Shown: positions 11,880 through 26,537 of the stretch, one piece after another
How positions within the stretch are numbered: position 1 is the first letter of the stretch
Layout of the letters: each line of letters begins with the position of its first letter
From: Eledone cirrhosa
Lineage: Eukaryota
Direction: 5' to 3'
Length of the DNA: 64,000 bases
Assembly: GCA_964016885.1 (NCBI GenBank)
Contig: OZ024764.1
Span: forward strand, 22,196,001-22,260,000
Made by a program: the position numbers and the translations under genes
The notes under the pieces: model-generated
Seen by the model: the letters and a program-made list of their open reading frames with translations, nothing else
Told to the model about the DNA's origin: nothing
Database searches by the model: none

Positions 11880-12520
11880 TTGTTCCCTGGGGTATGCCTT
11901 AGTATTTGACACCATCTGTCTCTCTTACTGCCTAATTAGCAAGAAGTAAATCTGTCTCATGTGTTCACCTGATTGGTAGGTTATTAGGTGGTTGGTAGGT
12001 TTCTTGAAGTGTTGAAAATGGTTAGTTCACTTGCATCACAAGAAGCCTCACTCCTTCATCGTTTCTTGAGCCATAACCATGACCACCATGTACCCCAGAA
12101 TATCCATCCTGGAGCTGTCCAACATGACCATTGAAGTCCCCTGCTATTATAATTAGGTCTCTGTCATTGTGGTTATCTCTATTTATTCCTTTTCTACACA
12201 TGGAGCAGGGCCACTTTCCTGAAGGTGTCAGGGTCTTCTCTCCTATCCATTAGCACTTTAGTTTTGGCTAAGTATATTCTCAGAACTTACCATTTCAAAT
12301 TCTATATCTATAGCTGGTCATCTACATAGAGAAGTTTCCATAGACAGCCAGTCTTAAACCTCTCTGTTATGGCTAGGAGAACTATGATGAACAACAGTGG
12401 GCTAAGAACTAAACCATGATGAACTCCTACCTGTATCTTCAATTCCTCACTAAACACACTTTACTGACAGCTTCTCACAAGCCATTCTTCTACACCTAAT
12501 TTCCTTAATCCTTTAGTATA
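11880..12520 (-). mobile_element. Decayed RTE-clade LINE fragments (APE endonuclease and RT pieces); copy at 28380-29030
   Basis: Minus strand gives IIAGDFNGHVG..GYGSRNEEG (ORF 28486-28683) and an LSPLLFIIV..LLYVDD-like RT motif. Confidence 0.8.
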
Positions 12521-13678
12521 TAAACTGGCCATATCTGGCCAGAATTGTCTCATATCTTTCTGTTCAATTTGGCCGTTACTGGTCACTTATACTTATGTTA
12601 AGGTATTGTTCTCCAAATAAGTAACATCAAAATTTCATAGATTTGATATTATGTGAGATAAAGCATTTACTGTGAAAATATAATAGTAAATATAGAGTAA
12701 TGTGAATACTAAAGGGTTAATCTGATATCACTAATAACTACTTTTATCAGTCAGTATAATCTACTGTCACTAATAACTACTTTTATCAGTCAGTATAATC
12801 TAATGTCACTAATAACTAACCTATGTCAGTCAGCACATTCTTCACCAAGGAAGGCCTTAGTATTTATTACAGTCCATTTATCAATATAGAAATATTATAT
12901 GAAATTTGTACTGATGTATTACAAGTTTCTGAGTATCTTATAATGTTCTTTTATTATTTCAGAATACCAGAGGACATTGGCATTAAAGAGCACGTTACAT
13001 CAGACATATCCTCAACATTAACCATTTCTAATGAAAGACACTACCCATCATTTTCAAATAAATTTTGAAAACAATCAAAAATTTGAAGGGATTTAGTAAT
13101 ATAACTAAAGTTCTCAGTATTAAGCTGCTATTTGGAACATAACTTTGCACAATTTTATGAAGTTACAATGGAAAGTTTTTAGATAAATATAAAGACTGAT
13201 ATGAAAAGGATAAAACACTTTTATATCAGTTGTTTCATAAACACCATTATTTAAAGACTAAACGAAGCTGTTATACAGAACAGATACAACCTTGTTTATA
13301 TAAATCTATGGGAGAAATACTGAAAAATATTCTTTGTAAGATCTTCATATATTGACAAAGTTGATAGTAGATGGAACTACAGGAGTAGAAATATTTCCAT
13401 TATTACAAGAATAACTAATCAAATAAAAACCAGAAAAATTAGATTCTTCATTGTCTGGAATATGTACAAGATGATTTTATATGTATATTAAACTTGAAGA
13501 GATCTACCAAACAGTTTGTATCATCTTTAAATATAAAGAAAGACCAAAGTTGATAGAAGTATATCTGGAGGAATTTGTTTTAGGAATAATATTATAAACA
13601 TAACGGAGAAAAATATCCATATATTGCGAGGAGAAAAATATTAAAATTGTGAATTATGTGAGAAACTGAGGTGATTGA

Positions 13679-14560
<882 letters not shown>

Positions 14561-14830
14561 CTGTATCAATATCAAACTCATTACATCATACTACAACAAC
14601 AACAACAAATGTGTAGATCCATCATCCTTGCTAAAACTGGGGTCAACCTTGTAGGTTTTACCTATGACAGGGATCATAAACACCAGGTTTCTATTTTTGA
14701 AGCCGTGTTTGAAGATTTTGTGTAAATTAAAGTTTTTCACATTAAACTTTGATTTATTATACTTTAACTGGTAAGATATATATTTGTATTTTTAGTAAAG
14801 GTTTGGGAACTTCTGTAATTTAAACCTGCC

Positions 14831-14836
14831 AATAAA
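14831..14836 (+). terminator. Putative polyadenylation signal of ZNF A
   Basis: AATAAA ~270 nt after the stop, followed by GT-rich TTTTGTTGTTGTT; equivalents at 33061-33066 (ATTAAA variant, B), 48168-48173 (C), 62254-62259 (D). Confidence 0.6.
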
Positions 14837-15750
14837 ATGAAAACTTTTGTTGTTGTTAGTCAGACATTGATATTAATTCTATTGTCCTGTACATTGTCTC
14901 AAATATCACAGATTAAACAGATTTTAACAATAACAACAGAAATCAATAACTTGTAAGCCTAATATCTAGCTTCCATTTTAACTATTTGATATTGTTGTTC
15001 CCCTCCTGCCTCTTCAGGTCTTTTAGATTTCAACTTCTATCTACTGTACTATTCCATCACCAAGGCAACATTCATCTGGCTGGCAGCTTACATCAACTCC
15101 AGATCTCATCAGTGGTTCACAACAGGCTGTCTGAAAGAAACTTCCAGATATTTTCTATGTCATAGCTATCAATCTCCTCCTCCTTATCATATGTATCATG
15201 TAGAACATCTCTGAATTTATATTTAACAGGGAGATCTTTTACTATCCCTACCCTTTTCTCTAGGTTGTCTTGTACCTCTCTCACAGTCCCTCTAGATCTT
15301 ATATTTAACGGAGATATTTTACTGTCCTTACCCTTTTCTCTAGGTTGTCTTGTACCACTCTCACAGTCCCAGTAGATCTTATATTTAACAGGGAGATCTT
15401 TTACTCTCCAACCCTTCTATCTCCAGATAGTCTTGTATCTGTCAGTCCCTCTAGATCTTACACCTAGTATCTAGTCTATGTTGAGTGGTACGTCCTTCTC
15501 CAGTAAAGGAGTTAATATTCCCAACCATCTGTCTATCCTGTTTTCTGATGAGAATGAAGTCAATCTAGTTTATCTCTTCACCTGATTGAAGTAACTAGAT
15601 CAAGTAACTAGATGTTTTCCTGTAAGTTAGTGTTGCAGTGTTTGTGTTACCATGTAAGGTTTATATCTCTTAATATAGAGATGTAGTAAAGTTTTCACTG
15701 TTGTATCTCTACTTTCTAAATATCTTAATAATGTTTCTCTACTATTTCAG

Positions 15751-16115
15751 AATATCACATGACCTTGACAGAAAAGAGTCTTTTAAAGACAACAGAAAGA
15801 TGTTACATACATGTGATATAAACTTGTTTAGTCTGTGGTGAATTATGGTGAAATATTTCTTCTGAATTGAGATAAATAACAACATTTTCCTTTTTCACTG
15901 TCTGGAATATTTACAAGATGATTTTACATTCTGATTAAATTTTGGATATTTACAAAGGAGTTTTCAAAATATTTGGATATTGACAAAGATCACATTTGGT
16001 AAAATTATGAACAATAGAAATATTTACATCAACATAGGAATATTTTCCAGAAGAGATGGGAAAATCATATACCACTAATATTTGTGGTAAAGTATTCTCT
16101 CTTCTTTATATGTAG
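15751..16115 (+). pseudogene. Truncated ZNF exon copy, half finger frameshifted
   Basis: Copy of 543-904 with small deletions in the finger codons. Confidence 0.65.
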
Positions 16116-18404
16116 AACATCTAACTAAACACTTTAACTAACAAACTATTGTGCTATAAAATTGACAAACTTGAGCAATGTTTAATAAATGTTACAGATT
16201 TCTCCAAACTGTCGTTTACTAACTTTAATTTGAAGCTATGTTATCTATATACTACTAAAACTCTCTAATTGTGTCTTGTCTAATTTAATACAGCTAAAAC
16301 AGTGCATAATGGGGAAATACTTTGAAAGGAATAAAACAATTTTTGTATAAATTGGAGCACGGGTTCCCAAGATACGGGGATTTCTGGGTACCTTGATATA
16401 TATAGGGAGAGAAAGAGATAGTGTTTGTGAGAGTGAGGAGACAGATGGAAGAGAGAGAGAGAGAGCTGGTGGTGTTGTTTAATAAAATGTGTGTGTGTGT
16501 ATATATATATATACGTATGTGTATATTTTAACTAATTAAAAATCATTTTTAAATGACTTTTAAAAAATAGTTTTAAGGGAACGTGACCCAACAGGTCCCG
16601 GGTGGTCTAGTTTGTTACTAAATACTAGATATTACAGGGTCATGTTGTTCTAGATGTGCTGGAAGAGCCATTCTATCTTGTGTGGCTCACACCAGCAGCT
16701 AGCCACCTCAGCACCTATGGTGGTATATTTATTATATTATTTATTCTTTATCATTAACATTAATATAAAAGATAATTATATATTTTTAGAGAAGAACCTC
16801 TAATTTCATATAGCTTAGGGCTTCAGTAGGTAAAAGTCTGGCCCTGCTTGTCTTGTATTTTTTAGGGGAGAAGTTAGGGAATACGGTTATTGTGTGAAAG
16901 TTTTCTAAATCTTCTTCAACCACTAACATGGAGAAGATATTTCAGTAAGAAGGTTCACATCTGACATCTATAGCTGTTAACAATGAGATTGGAATTCATT
17001 ATTAAACAAATGTTATATCATCATCACTGTTTAACATCAGTTTTTTCACGCTGGCATGGGTTAGACGAGTTATCCTGTTGTAAGCAAAGCCAGGTCAGGT
17101 GATAATGTGTTGCTCCTACAGAACAAATTTTGGTTTGGTTTCTGCAGCTGGATGCCCTTCCTAGCACCAACCTTATTTACATTGAGTACTGGGTGCATTT
17201 TATCATCTCACCATCAGGACCACTTTACAGTGTAGGCTGGGTGCTTTTTGTTGTGACACATACATGACCACTTTATAGTGTGGACTGGGTACTTTTTGTT
17301 GTGACACCTACACGACCCCTTTAAAGTTTGGGCTGGGTACTTTTTGTTGTCACCTACATGACCACTTTACAGTGTGGACTGGTTTCTTTTTGTCATATCA
17401 CCTACATGACCACCTTATAATGTTGACTGTGTGTTCTTTACAGTGTGGGCTGGTTTCTTTTTGTCATATCACCTACATGACCACCTTATAATGTTGACTG
17501 TGTATTCTCTATAGTGTGGGTTGGGTGCTTCTTGTCATATCTCCTACCCAACCACTTTGCAGTGTGGGCAGTGAAATATCAGTAATGCACCAGCTCCAAT
17601 ATTCACTAATCAGAAGAAGGGAGGTAGGCATAAAAGCCAAACTTGCTGTCTTCAATTAGGTTTTTGTGCCAACCCTTACCTATGGTCACACATCTTGGGT
17701 AATGACCAAAAGAATATGATTGGGAATACAAATGGCAGATATGGGATTCCTCTGAAGGGTCTTTGAAGGAACGTTTCTCAATAAAGTGCATAGCTCTGAG
17801 ATCAGAGAGTCACTCCAGGTGGAGCTGTTACTTCTCCTAATTGAGAGATCACAGCTGCAATACTATGGCCATGTGGTTAGAATGTCTGAGGAAAGAATCA
17901 CTGGATAGATTTTACAGGCAAAACTAACCGGCAGGAGACCCAGGGGTAGACCTGAGCAAGATGGTCACATAACATCCATGAGCTTGGCTGGTCTCTCTGG
18001 GAGATCCAGCCAGACCAGTTGGAGTGGGTTGCTTCTGACAGGACCTGTTGGAGGGAGTGTTTGAGGACTCTGCCCCCAAGACCCTCTCTGGAATAAGTGG
18101 GTTAATAAGCAGAGGTTGAGGTTACATAATCAACATCAGATTTCCCTGCTAGCAAGGGTTTAATGAGTCTACTTCAACCAAGTAAGTACTGAAGTGAGGC
18201 TACTGATCTCCCAGACAGACCAAGGATCTGAGACTTACTTACATAAGGTCTCATTTGCTACTGAGTGCACAGAAAAGGTTGTCATGTCTTTGTCATGATT
18301 GAAGGCTTCTCCGACACTATTGTTGGGCAAGCTTTCTATAGCTAGATGTCCTTCACATGACCAACCAGATTACAGCCTGTGTTGGGTGTGTTTATCATGT
18401 AGGT

Positions 18405-20428
18405 GAGGCATAACAAACTGAGGGTTCCCCAAGGGCCACATAGGTCACATGTGTTGTCTGAGGGTTGCACACGACAACTAAGTAGTCATTTAATAAAATA
18501 TATTGCAGAAAGATTTGTTACTTAAATTTAGAAACATACAATGTACATACAAATGTTTTAGCAGCATTCATGAATACAAAGTAATGAAGTAGTTTGACAA
18601 AAAACTAAAATTTAACATGTCAACATATACTTGCAGATTGTAACAGCAACAAATACATTGTACACAAATAACAACAGTTGAAAACTGAACATTTATTTGC
18701 TACTATTCAACCATTTTTAGTCTTTTGTCCTGAGGCTTGACACTTCTTTCTGTTGACTATTTTTGGTATATCTGGCTGAAATGTCTGTACAGTTCCAACT
18801 TTAATCAGAAATGACAAGTGTTGATCTGTCAGCCTTGTTCTCTGAGAAGTTTTGGTTAAGCTAAGTACAGACTCAGTATGGGCAGTGATTTTCAGCTCTT
18901 TGCACATAGGAAAATGTATTAAATTTTCATCTGACAACGGAGACTTCCATAAGCTAAGTTTTCTAATGAAGAACTTGATGTCATCATACAACTGAGTGAT
19001 GGGTTTGTTTTTACCTTGTAATTTCAAATTAAGATCAGTTAATTGTGCAGTAATATCCACAACAAAAGCCAGATGTTGGAGCCAACTTTCATCTTTTATT
19101 TCATCTGTGTTTTGACCTTTCATCTCCAAAAACATAATTATTTCAACAAATAGAATCTTTTCAGCACTTTGTGACATGTCAACCAGCAGACTTCTGTGTA
19201 GAATGGAACATCGGTGAACTGATTATCCATATCTTCCAACAACTGGCTGAACTGACGGTGGTTGAGAGCACGGCCTCTGATTTAGTTCACTGTCTTTTTG
19301 ACCAAGCTAAGCACATGATGCAATTTGAAAATCTTTGAACATAAATTTTGCTGATGAATAATAGTGCAAATGTGCAAATGATGAATCTAGATATGAGTTT
19401 TCTATTTTTGTTTGTAACTTGGCAGCAACACCATTATGTCTACCAACCATATTTGCAGCACTGTCAGTAGATAAACATGCAAGATTACTCAGATCAAAAC
19501 CATGCAGACACTGCTTGACCTTCTCAAAGATGTCCTGGCTTGTTATAGTGTCATGCATGGGGACCAGTTCAATCAGTTCTTCATAAATATTAAATTCACA
19601 GTCACAGGCCCTGATGAAGAATGCAATCTGTACTATTCCAGTGATGTCAACAGTCTCTTCAATAGCAATAGAAACATGTTCAAACCTTGATGATACAGCC
19701 TTTAACTGTTGTTTCAGATCACCTGACATTTCATTAATCTGTTCAGCAACAGTGTTCCTGTTAATGAAATGTCTTTGAATAACACTGCTTTCTCTGGACA
19801 ATTTCAGCTGTTTTTACAAGACATTGCTTTACAAAGTCTCCTTCATTGTAAGATTCCCCACTCATGACAATCATTCGACTGAGTTCATAGCTTGCAGTAA
19901 CAGAAGTAAAATCCTCTTCCTGAATTAACATAAAACAGGTCTATTGCTGTGTCAAGTTAGACTTCAATTCCTTGAGTCTTGAAACACACATTGGGCTTTC
20001 ATATTTATCGTAAGATCGAGGGTTTGTTTCATAATGTCTTTTTAAATTGTACTCTTTTGTCGTGGAGATGTAGTTGTTGCAAATTAAACAGTGTATCTTT
20101 CTGTTCACCATTGGGCAAAAATACTGTAATTCCCACTTTTCTTGAAACACTTGCCCTTCTTCGTTCACTTTCCTTTTTCTCTTAGCTGGAGGAGAACTAA
20201 CCATTTCAAAAACAAAATCATTTGAAATTTTGAAAGAAAGTTTTCTGTTAATGAGCTGCACGTGATTAATGGAAGTTAAAAGTAGTTGACAAAATTTGCA
20301 CCAAAAAAAATAATTGTATTGAAAATGTTTTAAATTTTATATTACGAAAATGAAACATGGTCGCACTGTAAAAACCTTTGTGTGGGCCGCAGGTTTGCTT
20401 GCCAAGGGCCGCATGTTTGACATGTCTG
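18405..20428 (-). mobile_element. hAT copy 2 (internal ~0.3 kb deletion)
   Basis: Same TSD at 18397-18404 and 20429-20436; ORFs 18707-19177, 19307-19801, 19941-20261. Confidence 0.9.
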
Positions 20429-22009
20429 ATGTAGGTTACCAACACTAGGGAGGGCAGCATATCCTTCAGTGTGTTCTGCTACATTAACTACCAGGAGGTC
20501 ACCACATGAGTCAAAGACTACATTTCAAAGAAGGGTCATAAAAGAACTAAATACGAAAGTCCTCACAGCAACAAGCAAATAATTGAGCTTTGGGTCTAGG
20601 TCAAGGGGCAGAAGTGCTGCGCCCTGTGGATAAGACTGCAAAAGTATTCGCCCCGGACGATGGACAGTTACAGCCACCCCAACCTCATGGGACTCCCTCT
20701 TCAGAAGGGCCACCAACGTTCTGATCTTACAGAGGAGCTTGGCAGTACGGGGTCTAAATACTTCTGAGGTCTCAATGGTGACCAGTGTGAAGATACCTAC
20801 AAATGATGTCATCCTAGTTATGTTGGACTGTAATATACTGGGGTATAGAGAGGCCTTAGCCTGTCTCAGCTGAGTCACCCTGGGTTGTGTCATCTAGATA
20901 CCAGATAGGGGTAACTAGACCATGTTGTCAACTGTCAGCACCAATAGGAGTGAGGCGAGTGGGTCCCCTTGCTAGACACCATATATAAAAACGTATTTGC
21001 TAATTACTTTAGTGAATAATTTGTTTCATACGTAATTATTACTTTTAACACAATAGGATTTTGTACACGTGTTTGTTTGAAAACATCTTTCAAAGAAGTA
21101 TGAGACAGTCTTTTGCAGTCTTCTGGAGTTGCGACCGATAGATAGTATTAGCAATTGGAAAGACCAATGGAAACATTGTTTCCTCGGTCCGATTTGACGA
21201 AAAGTCGATCGTAAAAAAAATATATATATTTATATATATAGAGAGAGATAGAGAAACACACAAACGTACACTACTGTAAAACATATGTAAGGGGAGACAA
21301 TTCTCGTTACATTCCCCCTTCTTTTTGATATACGTTCTTTAAATACTTTGTTCAATGGAATCTACTTTATTTTGTGTCCTAAGTAGATTTCTGTTTAAGT
21401 ATTTACGAGATTCACAATGATTCACGTAACCAAGTTACTTACATAGAGATATATTTCACATAGAATCACAACAAATGAAAATATTAAGTCAACACTCTGT
21501 CAATCAGTCTCACATCACATGGGGTGCCGGAGTCTCCCTCTAATACTTTCTGAGGCAGTCTTACCTCGAGTGGGATCTTTTACCATCTCTACCTCTTTCT
21601 CTAGGTTGTCTTGTACCTCTCACAGTCCCTCTAAATCTTATATTAAACAGGGAGATCTTTTACTCTCCAACCCTTCTTTCTCCTTATAGTCTCGCATCTA
21701 TCAGTCCCTCTAGATATTACACCTAGTATCTAGTCTATGTTGAGTGGTACGTCCTTTTCCAGTAAAGGAGTTAATATTCCCAACCATCTGTCTATCCTGT
21801 TTTCTGATGAGAATGAAGTCAATCTAGTTTATCTCTTCTCCTGATTGAAGTAACTAGATCAAGTAATTAGATGTTTTCCTGTAAGTTAGTGTTGCAGTGT
21901 TTGTGTCACCATGTAAGGTTTATATCTATTAATATAGAGATGTAGTAAAGTTTTCACTGTTGTATCTCTATTTTCTAAATATCTTAATAATGTTTCTCTA
22001 CTATTTCAG

Positions 22010-22377
22010 AATATCACATGACCTTGACAGAAAAGAGTCTTTTAAAGACAACAGAAAGATGTTACATTCAAGTGATATAAACTTGTTTAGTCTGTGGTGA
22101 ATTATGGTGAAATATTTCTTCTGAATTGAGATAAATAACAACATATTCCTTTTTCACTGTCTGGAATATTTACAAGATGATTTTACATTCTGATTAAACT
22201 TTGGATATTTACAAAGGTGTTTTCAAAATATTTGGATATTGACAAAGATCACATTTGATAAAATTATGAACAATAGAAATATTTACATCAACATAGGAAT
22301 ATTTTCCAGAAGAGATGGGAAAATCATTATACCACTGTAATATTTGTGGTAAAGTATTCTCTCTTCTTTATATGTAG
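22010..22377 (+). pseudogene. Truncated ZNF exon copy
   Basis: 22315-22377 MGKSLYHCNICGKVFSLLYM*. Confidence 0.7.
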
Positions 22378-24226
22378 AACATCTAACTAAACACTTTAAC
22401 TAACAAACTATTGTGCTATAGAATTGACAAACTTGAGGAATCTTTAATAAATGTTACAAATTTCTCCAAACTGTCATTTACTAACTTTAATTTGAAGCTA
22501 TATTATCTATATACTACTAAAACTCTGTGATTGTGTCTTGTCCGTAATTTAATACAGCTAAAACAGTGCATAATGGGGAAATACTTTGAAAGGAATAAAA
22601 CAAGATTTGTATAAATTGGAGCACAGGTTCCCAAGATACGGGGTTTTCTGGGTACCTTCATAATTATAGGGAGAGAGCGAGAGAGTGGGCGCTGCTGGTG
22701 TTGTTTAATAAAATGTGTGTGTGTGTGTGTGTATATATATATACGTATGTGTATATTTTAACTATTTAAAAATTATTTTTAAATAACTTAAAAGATAATT
22801 TTAAGGCAACGTGACCCAACAGGTTCCAGGTGGTCTAGTTTGTTACTAAATACTAGATATTAGAGGGTCATGTTGTTCTAGATGTGCTGGAAGAGCCATT
22901 CCATCTCGTGAGGTTCACCAGCAGCTAGCCACCTCAGCACCTATGGTGGTATATTTATTATATTATTTATTCTTTATCATTAACATTAATAGTGTAGGCT
23001 GGGTGCTTTTTGTTGTGACACCTACATGACCACTTTATAGTGTGGACTGGGTACTTTTTGTTGTGACACCTACACGACCCCTTTAAAGTTTCGGCTGGGT
23101 ACTTTTTGTTGTCACCTACATGACCACTTTACAGTGTGGACTGGTTTCTTTTTGTCATATTACCTACATGACCACCTTATAGTGTTAGCTGTGAGTTCTT
23201 TGCAGTGTGGGCTGGTTTCTTTTTGTCATATCACCTACATGACCACCTTATAGTGTTGGCTGTGTGTTATTTGCAGTGTGGGCTGGTTTCTTTTTGTCAT
23301 ATCACCTACATGACCACCTTATAATGTTGACTGTGTATTCTCTATAGTGTGGGTTGGGTGCTTTTTTTCATATCTCCTACCCAACCACTTTGCAGTGTGG
23401 GCAGTGAAATATCAGTAATGCACCAGGTCCAATATTCAGTAATCAGAAGAAGGGAGGTAGGCATAAAAGCCAAACTTGCTGTCTTCAATTAGGTTTTTGT
23501 GCCAACCCTTACCTATGGTCACATATCTTGGGTAATGACCAAAAGAATATGATTGGGAATACAAATGGCAGATATGGGATTCCTCTGAAGGGTCTTTGAA
23601 GGAACGTTTCTCAATAAAGTGCATAGCTCTGAGATCAGAGAGTCACTCCAGGTGGAGCTGTTACTTCTCCGAATTGAGAGATCACAGCTACAATACTATG
23701 GCCATGTGGTTAGAATGTCTGAGGAAAGAATCACTGGATAGATTTTACAGGCAAAACTAACCGTTAGGAGACCCAGGGGTAGACCTGAGCAAGATGGTCA
23801 CATAACATCCATGAGCTTGGCTGGTCTCTCTGGGAGATCCAGCCAGATCAGTTGGAGTGGGTTGCTTCTGACAGGACCTGTTGGAGGGAGTGTTTGAGGA
23901 CTCTGCCCCCAAGACCCTCTCTGGAATGACTGGATTAATAAGAAGAGGTTGAGGTTACATCATCAACATCAGATTTCCCTGCTAGCAAGGATTTAATGAG
24001 TCTACTTCAACCAAGTAAGTACTGAAGTGAGGCTACTGATCTCCCAGACAGACCAAGGATCTGAGACTTATTTACATAAGGTCTCATATGCTACTGAGTG
24101 CACAGAAAAGGTTGTCATGATTGAAGGGTTCTCTGACACTATTGTCGGGCAAGCTTTCTATGGCTAGATGTCCTTCACATGACCAACCACATTACAGCCT
24201 GTGTTGGGTGTGTTTATCATGTAGGT

Positions 24227-26537
24227 GAGGCATAACAAACTGAGGGTTCCCCAAGGGCCACATAGGTCACATGTGTTGTCTGAGGGTTGCACACTACAAC
24301 TAATTAAAGTCATTTAATAAAATATATTGCAGAAAGATTTGTTACTTAAATTTAGAAACATACAACGTACATACAAATGTTTTAGCAGCATTCATGAATA
24401 CAAAGTAATGAAGTAGTTTGACAAAAAACTAAAATTTAACATGTCAACATATACTTGCAGATTGTAACAGCAACAAATACATTGTACACAAATAACAACA
24501 GTTGAAAACTGAACATTTATTTGCTACTATTCAACCATTTTTAGTGTTTTGTCTTGAGGCTTGACACTTCTTTCTGTTGACAATGTTTGGCATGTCTGGC
24601 TGAAATGTTTGTACAGTTCCAACTTTGATCAGATGACAAGTGATGATCAGTCAGCCTTGTTCTCTGAGAAGTTTTTGTTAATTTCATGAAGGAAAATAAC
24701 TGTCCACTCACATAGGTAGAACCAAACATTGCCATAATCTTTGTGACAAACTTTCTGATGTTAATAAACTTTTCAGGAAGGTATGAAAAGAAACCAGGTA
24801 TCCCCACTACAAGATACTTTGTTCTGAGTGTAGAATCTGACTGCATTTCCAATAGTTCCATCTGCAGGCATTCTTCTGCTTTCATCAAAGGTGAATGGTG
24901 CTGAGAATAATGTAAACTGATGTTCAAAAAATGAGAAATCACAAAATCTTTCTTGAAATTTCTTTAACAACAATTCCAAGTGAGTGTCATACTTAACTAA
25001 GCTAAATACAGACTCAGTATTGGCAGTGTTTTTCAGTTCTTTGCACATAGGAAAATGAACTAAATTTTCATCTGACGACGGAGATTTCCATAAGCTTAGT
25101 TTTCTAATGAAGCACTTGATGTCATCATTCAACTGATTGATGGGTTTGTTTTAACCTTGTAATTTCAAATTAAGATCAGTTAATTGTGCAGTAATATCCA
25201 CAACAAAAGCCAGATGTTGGAGCCAACTTTCATCTTTTATTTCATCTGTGTTTTAACCTTTTCTCTCCAAAGACATAAATCTTTTCAGCACTTTGTGACA
25301 TGTCAACCAGCAGACTTCTGTGTAGAATGGAACATCAGTGAACTGATTATCCATATCTTCCAACAACTGGCTGAACTGACGGTGGTTGAGAGCATGACCT
25401 CTGATTTAGTTCACTGTCTTTGTGACCAAGCTAAGCACATGATGCAATTTTAAAATCTTTGAACATAAATTTTGTTGATGAATAATAGTGAAAATGTGCA
25501 AATGATGAATGTAGATATGAGTTTTCTATTTTTGTTTGTAACTTGGCAGCAACACCATTATGTCTACCAACCATATTTGCAGCACTGTCAGTAGATAAAC
25601 ATGAAAGTTTACTCAGATCAAAACCATGCAGACCCTGCTTGACCTTCTCAAAGATGTCCTGGCTTGTTATAGTGTCATGCATGGGGACCAGTTCAATCAG
25701 TCCTTCATAAATATTAAATTCACAGTCACAGGTCCTGGTGAAGAATGCAAGCTGTACTATTCCAGTGATGTCAAGAGTCTCATCAATAGCAATAGAAACA
25801 TGTTCAAACCTTGATGATACAGCCTTTAACTGTTGTTTCAGATCACCTGACATTTCATTAATCTGTTCAGCTAATGAAATGTCTTTGAATAACTCTGCTT
25901 TCTCTGGACAATTTCAGCTGTTTTTACAAGACATTGCTTTACAAAATCTCCTTCACTGTAAGATTTCCCACTCATGGCAATCATTTGACTGAGTTCATAG
26001 CTTGCAGTAACGGAAGTGACATCCTCTTCCTGAATTAACATAAAACAGGTCTATTGCTGTGTCAAGTTAACCTTCAATTCCTTGAGTCTTGAAACACACA
26101 TTGGGCCTTCATATTTATCGTAAGATCGAGGGTTTGTTTCATAATGTCTTTTTAAATTGTACTCTTTTGGCGTGGCAATGTAGTTGTTGCAAATTAAACA
26201 GTGTATCTTTCTGTTCACCATTGGGCAAAAATACTGTAATTCCCACTTTTCTTGAAACACTTGCCCTTCTTCGTTCACTTTCCTTTTTCTCTTAGCTGGA
26301 GGAGCACTAACCATTTCAAAAACGAAATCATTTGAAATTTTGAAAGAAAGTTTTCTGTTAATGAGCTGCACGTGATTAATGGAAGTTAAAAGTAGTTGAC
26401 AAAATTTGCAAAAAAAAAATAATTGTATCGAAAATGTTTTAAATTTTATATTACGAAAATGAAACATGCTCGCATTGTAAAAACCTTAGTGTGGGCCGCA
26501 GGTTTGCTTGCAAAGGGCTGCATGTCTGACATGTCTG
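24227..26537 (-). mobile_element. hAT copy 3
   Basis: Same TSD at 24219-24226 and 26538-26545; transposase fragments 24541-26467. Confidence 0.9.

Larger units (their letters stand above)
8303..12962 (+). other. Putative 5'UTR intron of ZNF A
   Basis: GTAAGT donor to pyrimidine-rich acceptor TTCTTTTATTATTTCAG|AATACC (AG 12961-12962); filled with TE fragments. Confidence 0.55.

Noticed and set aside
12823-13068. Upstream ORF ...FFYYFRIPEDIGIKEH... as an N-terminal coding exon
   Set aside because: Spans the putative intron/acceptor, ends in a stop well before the ZNF ATG and is broken by stops in unit D.
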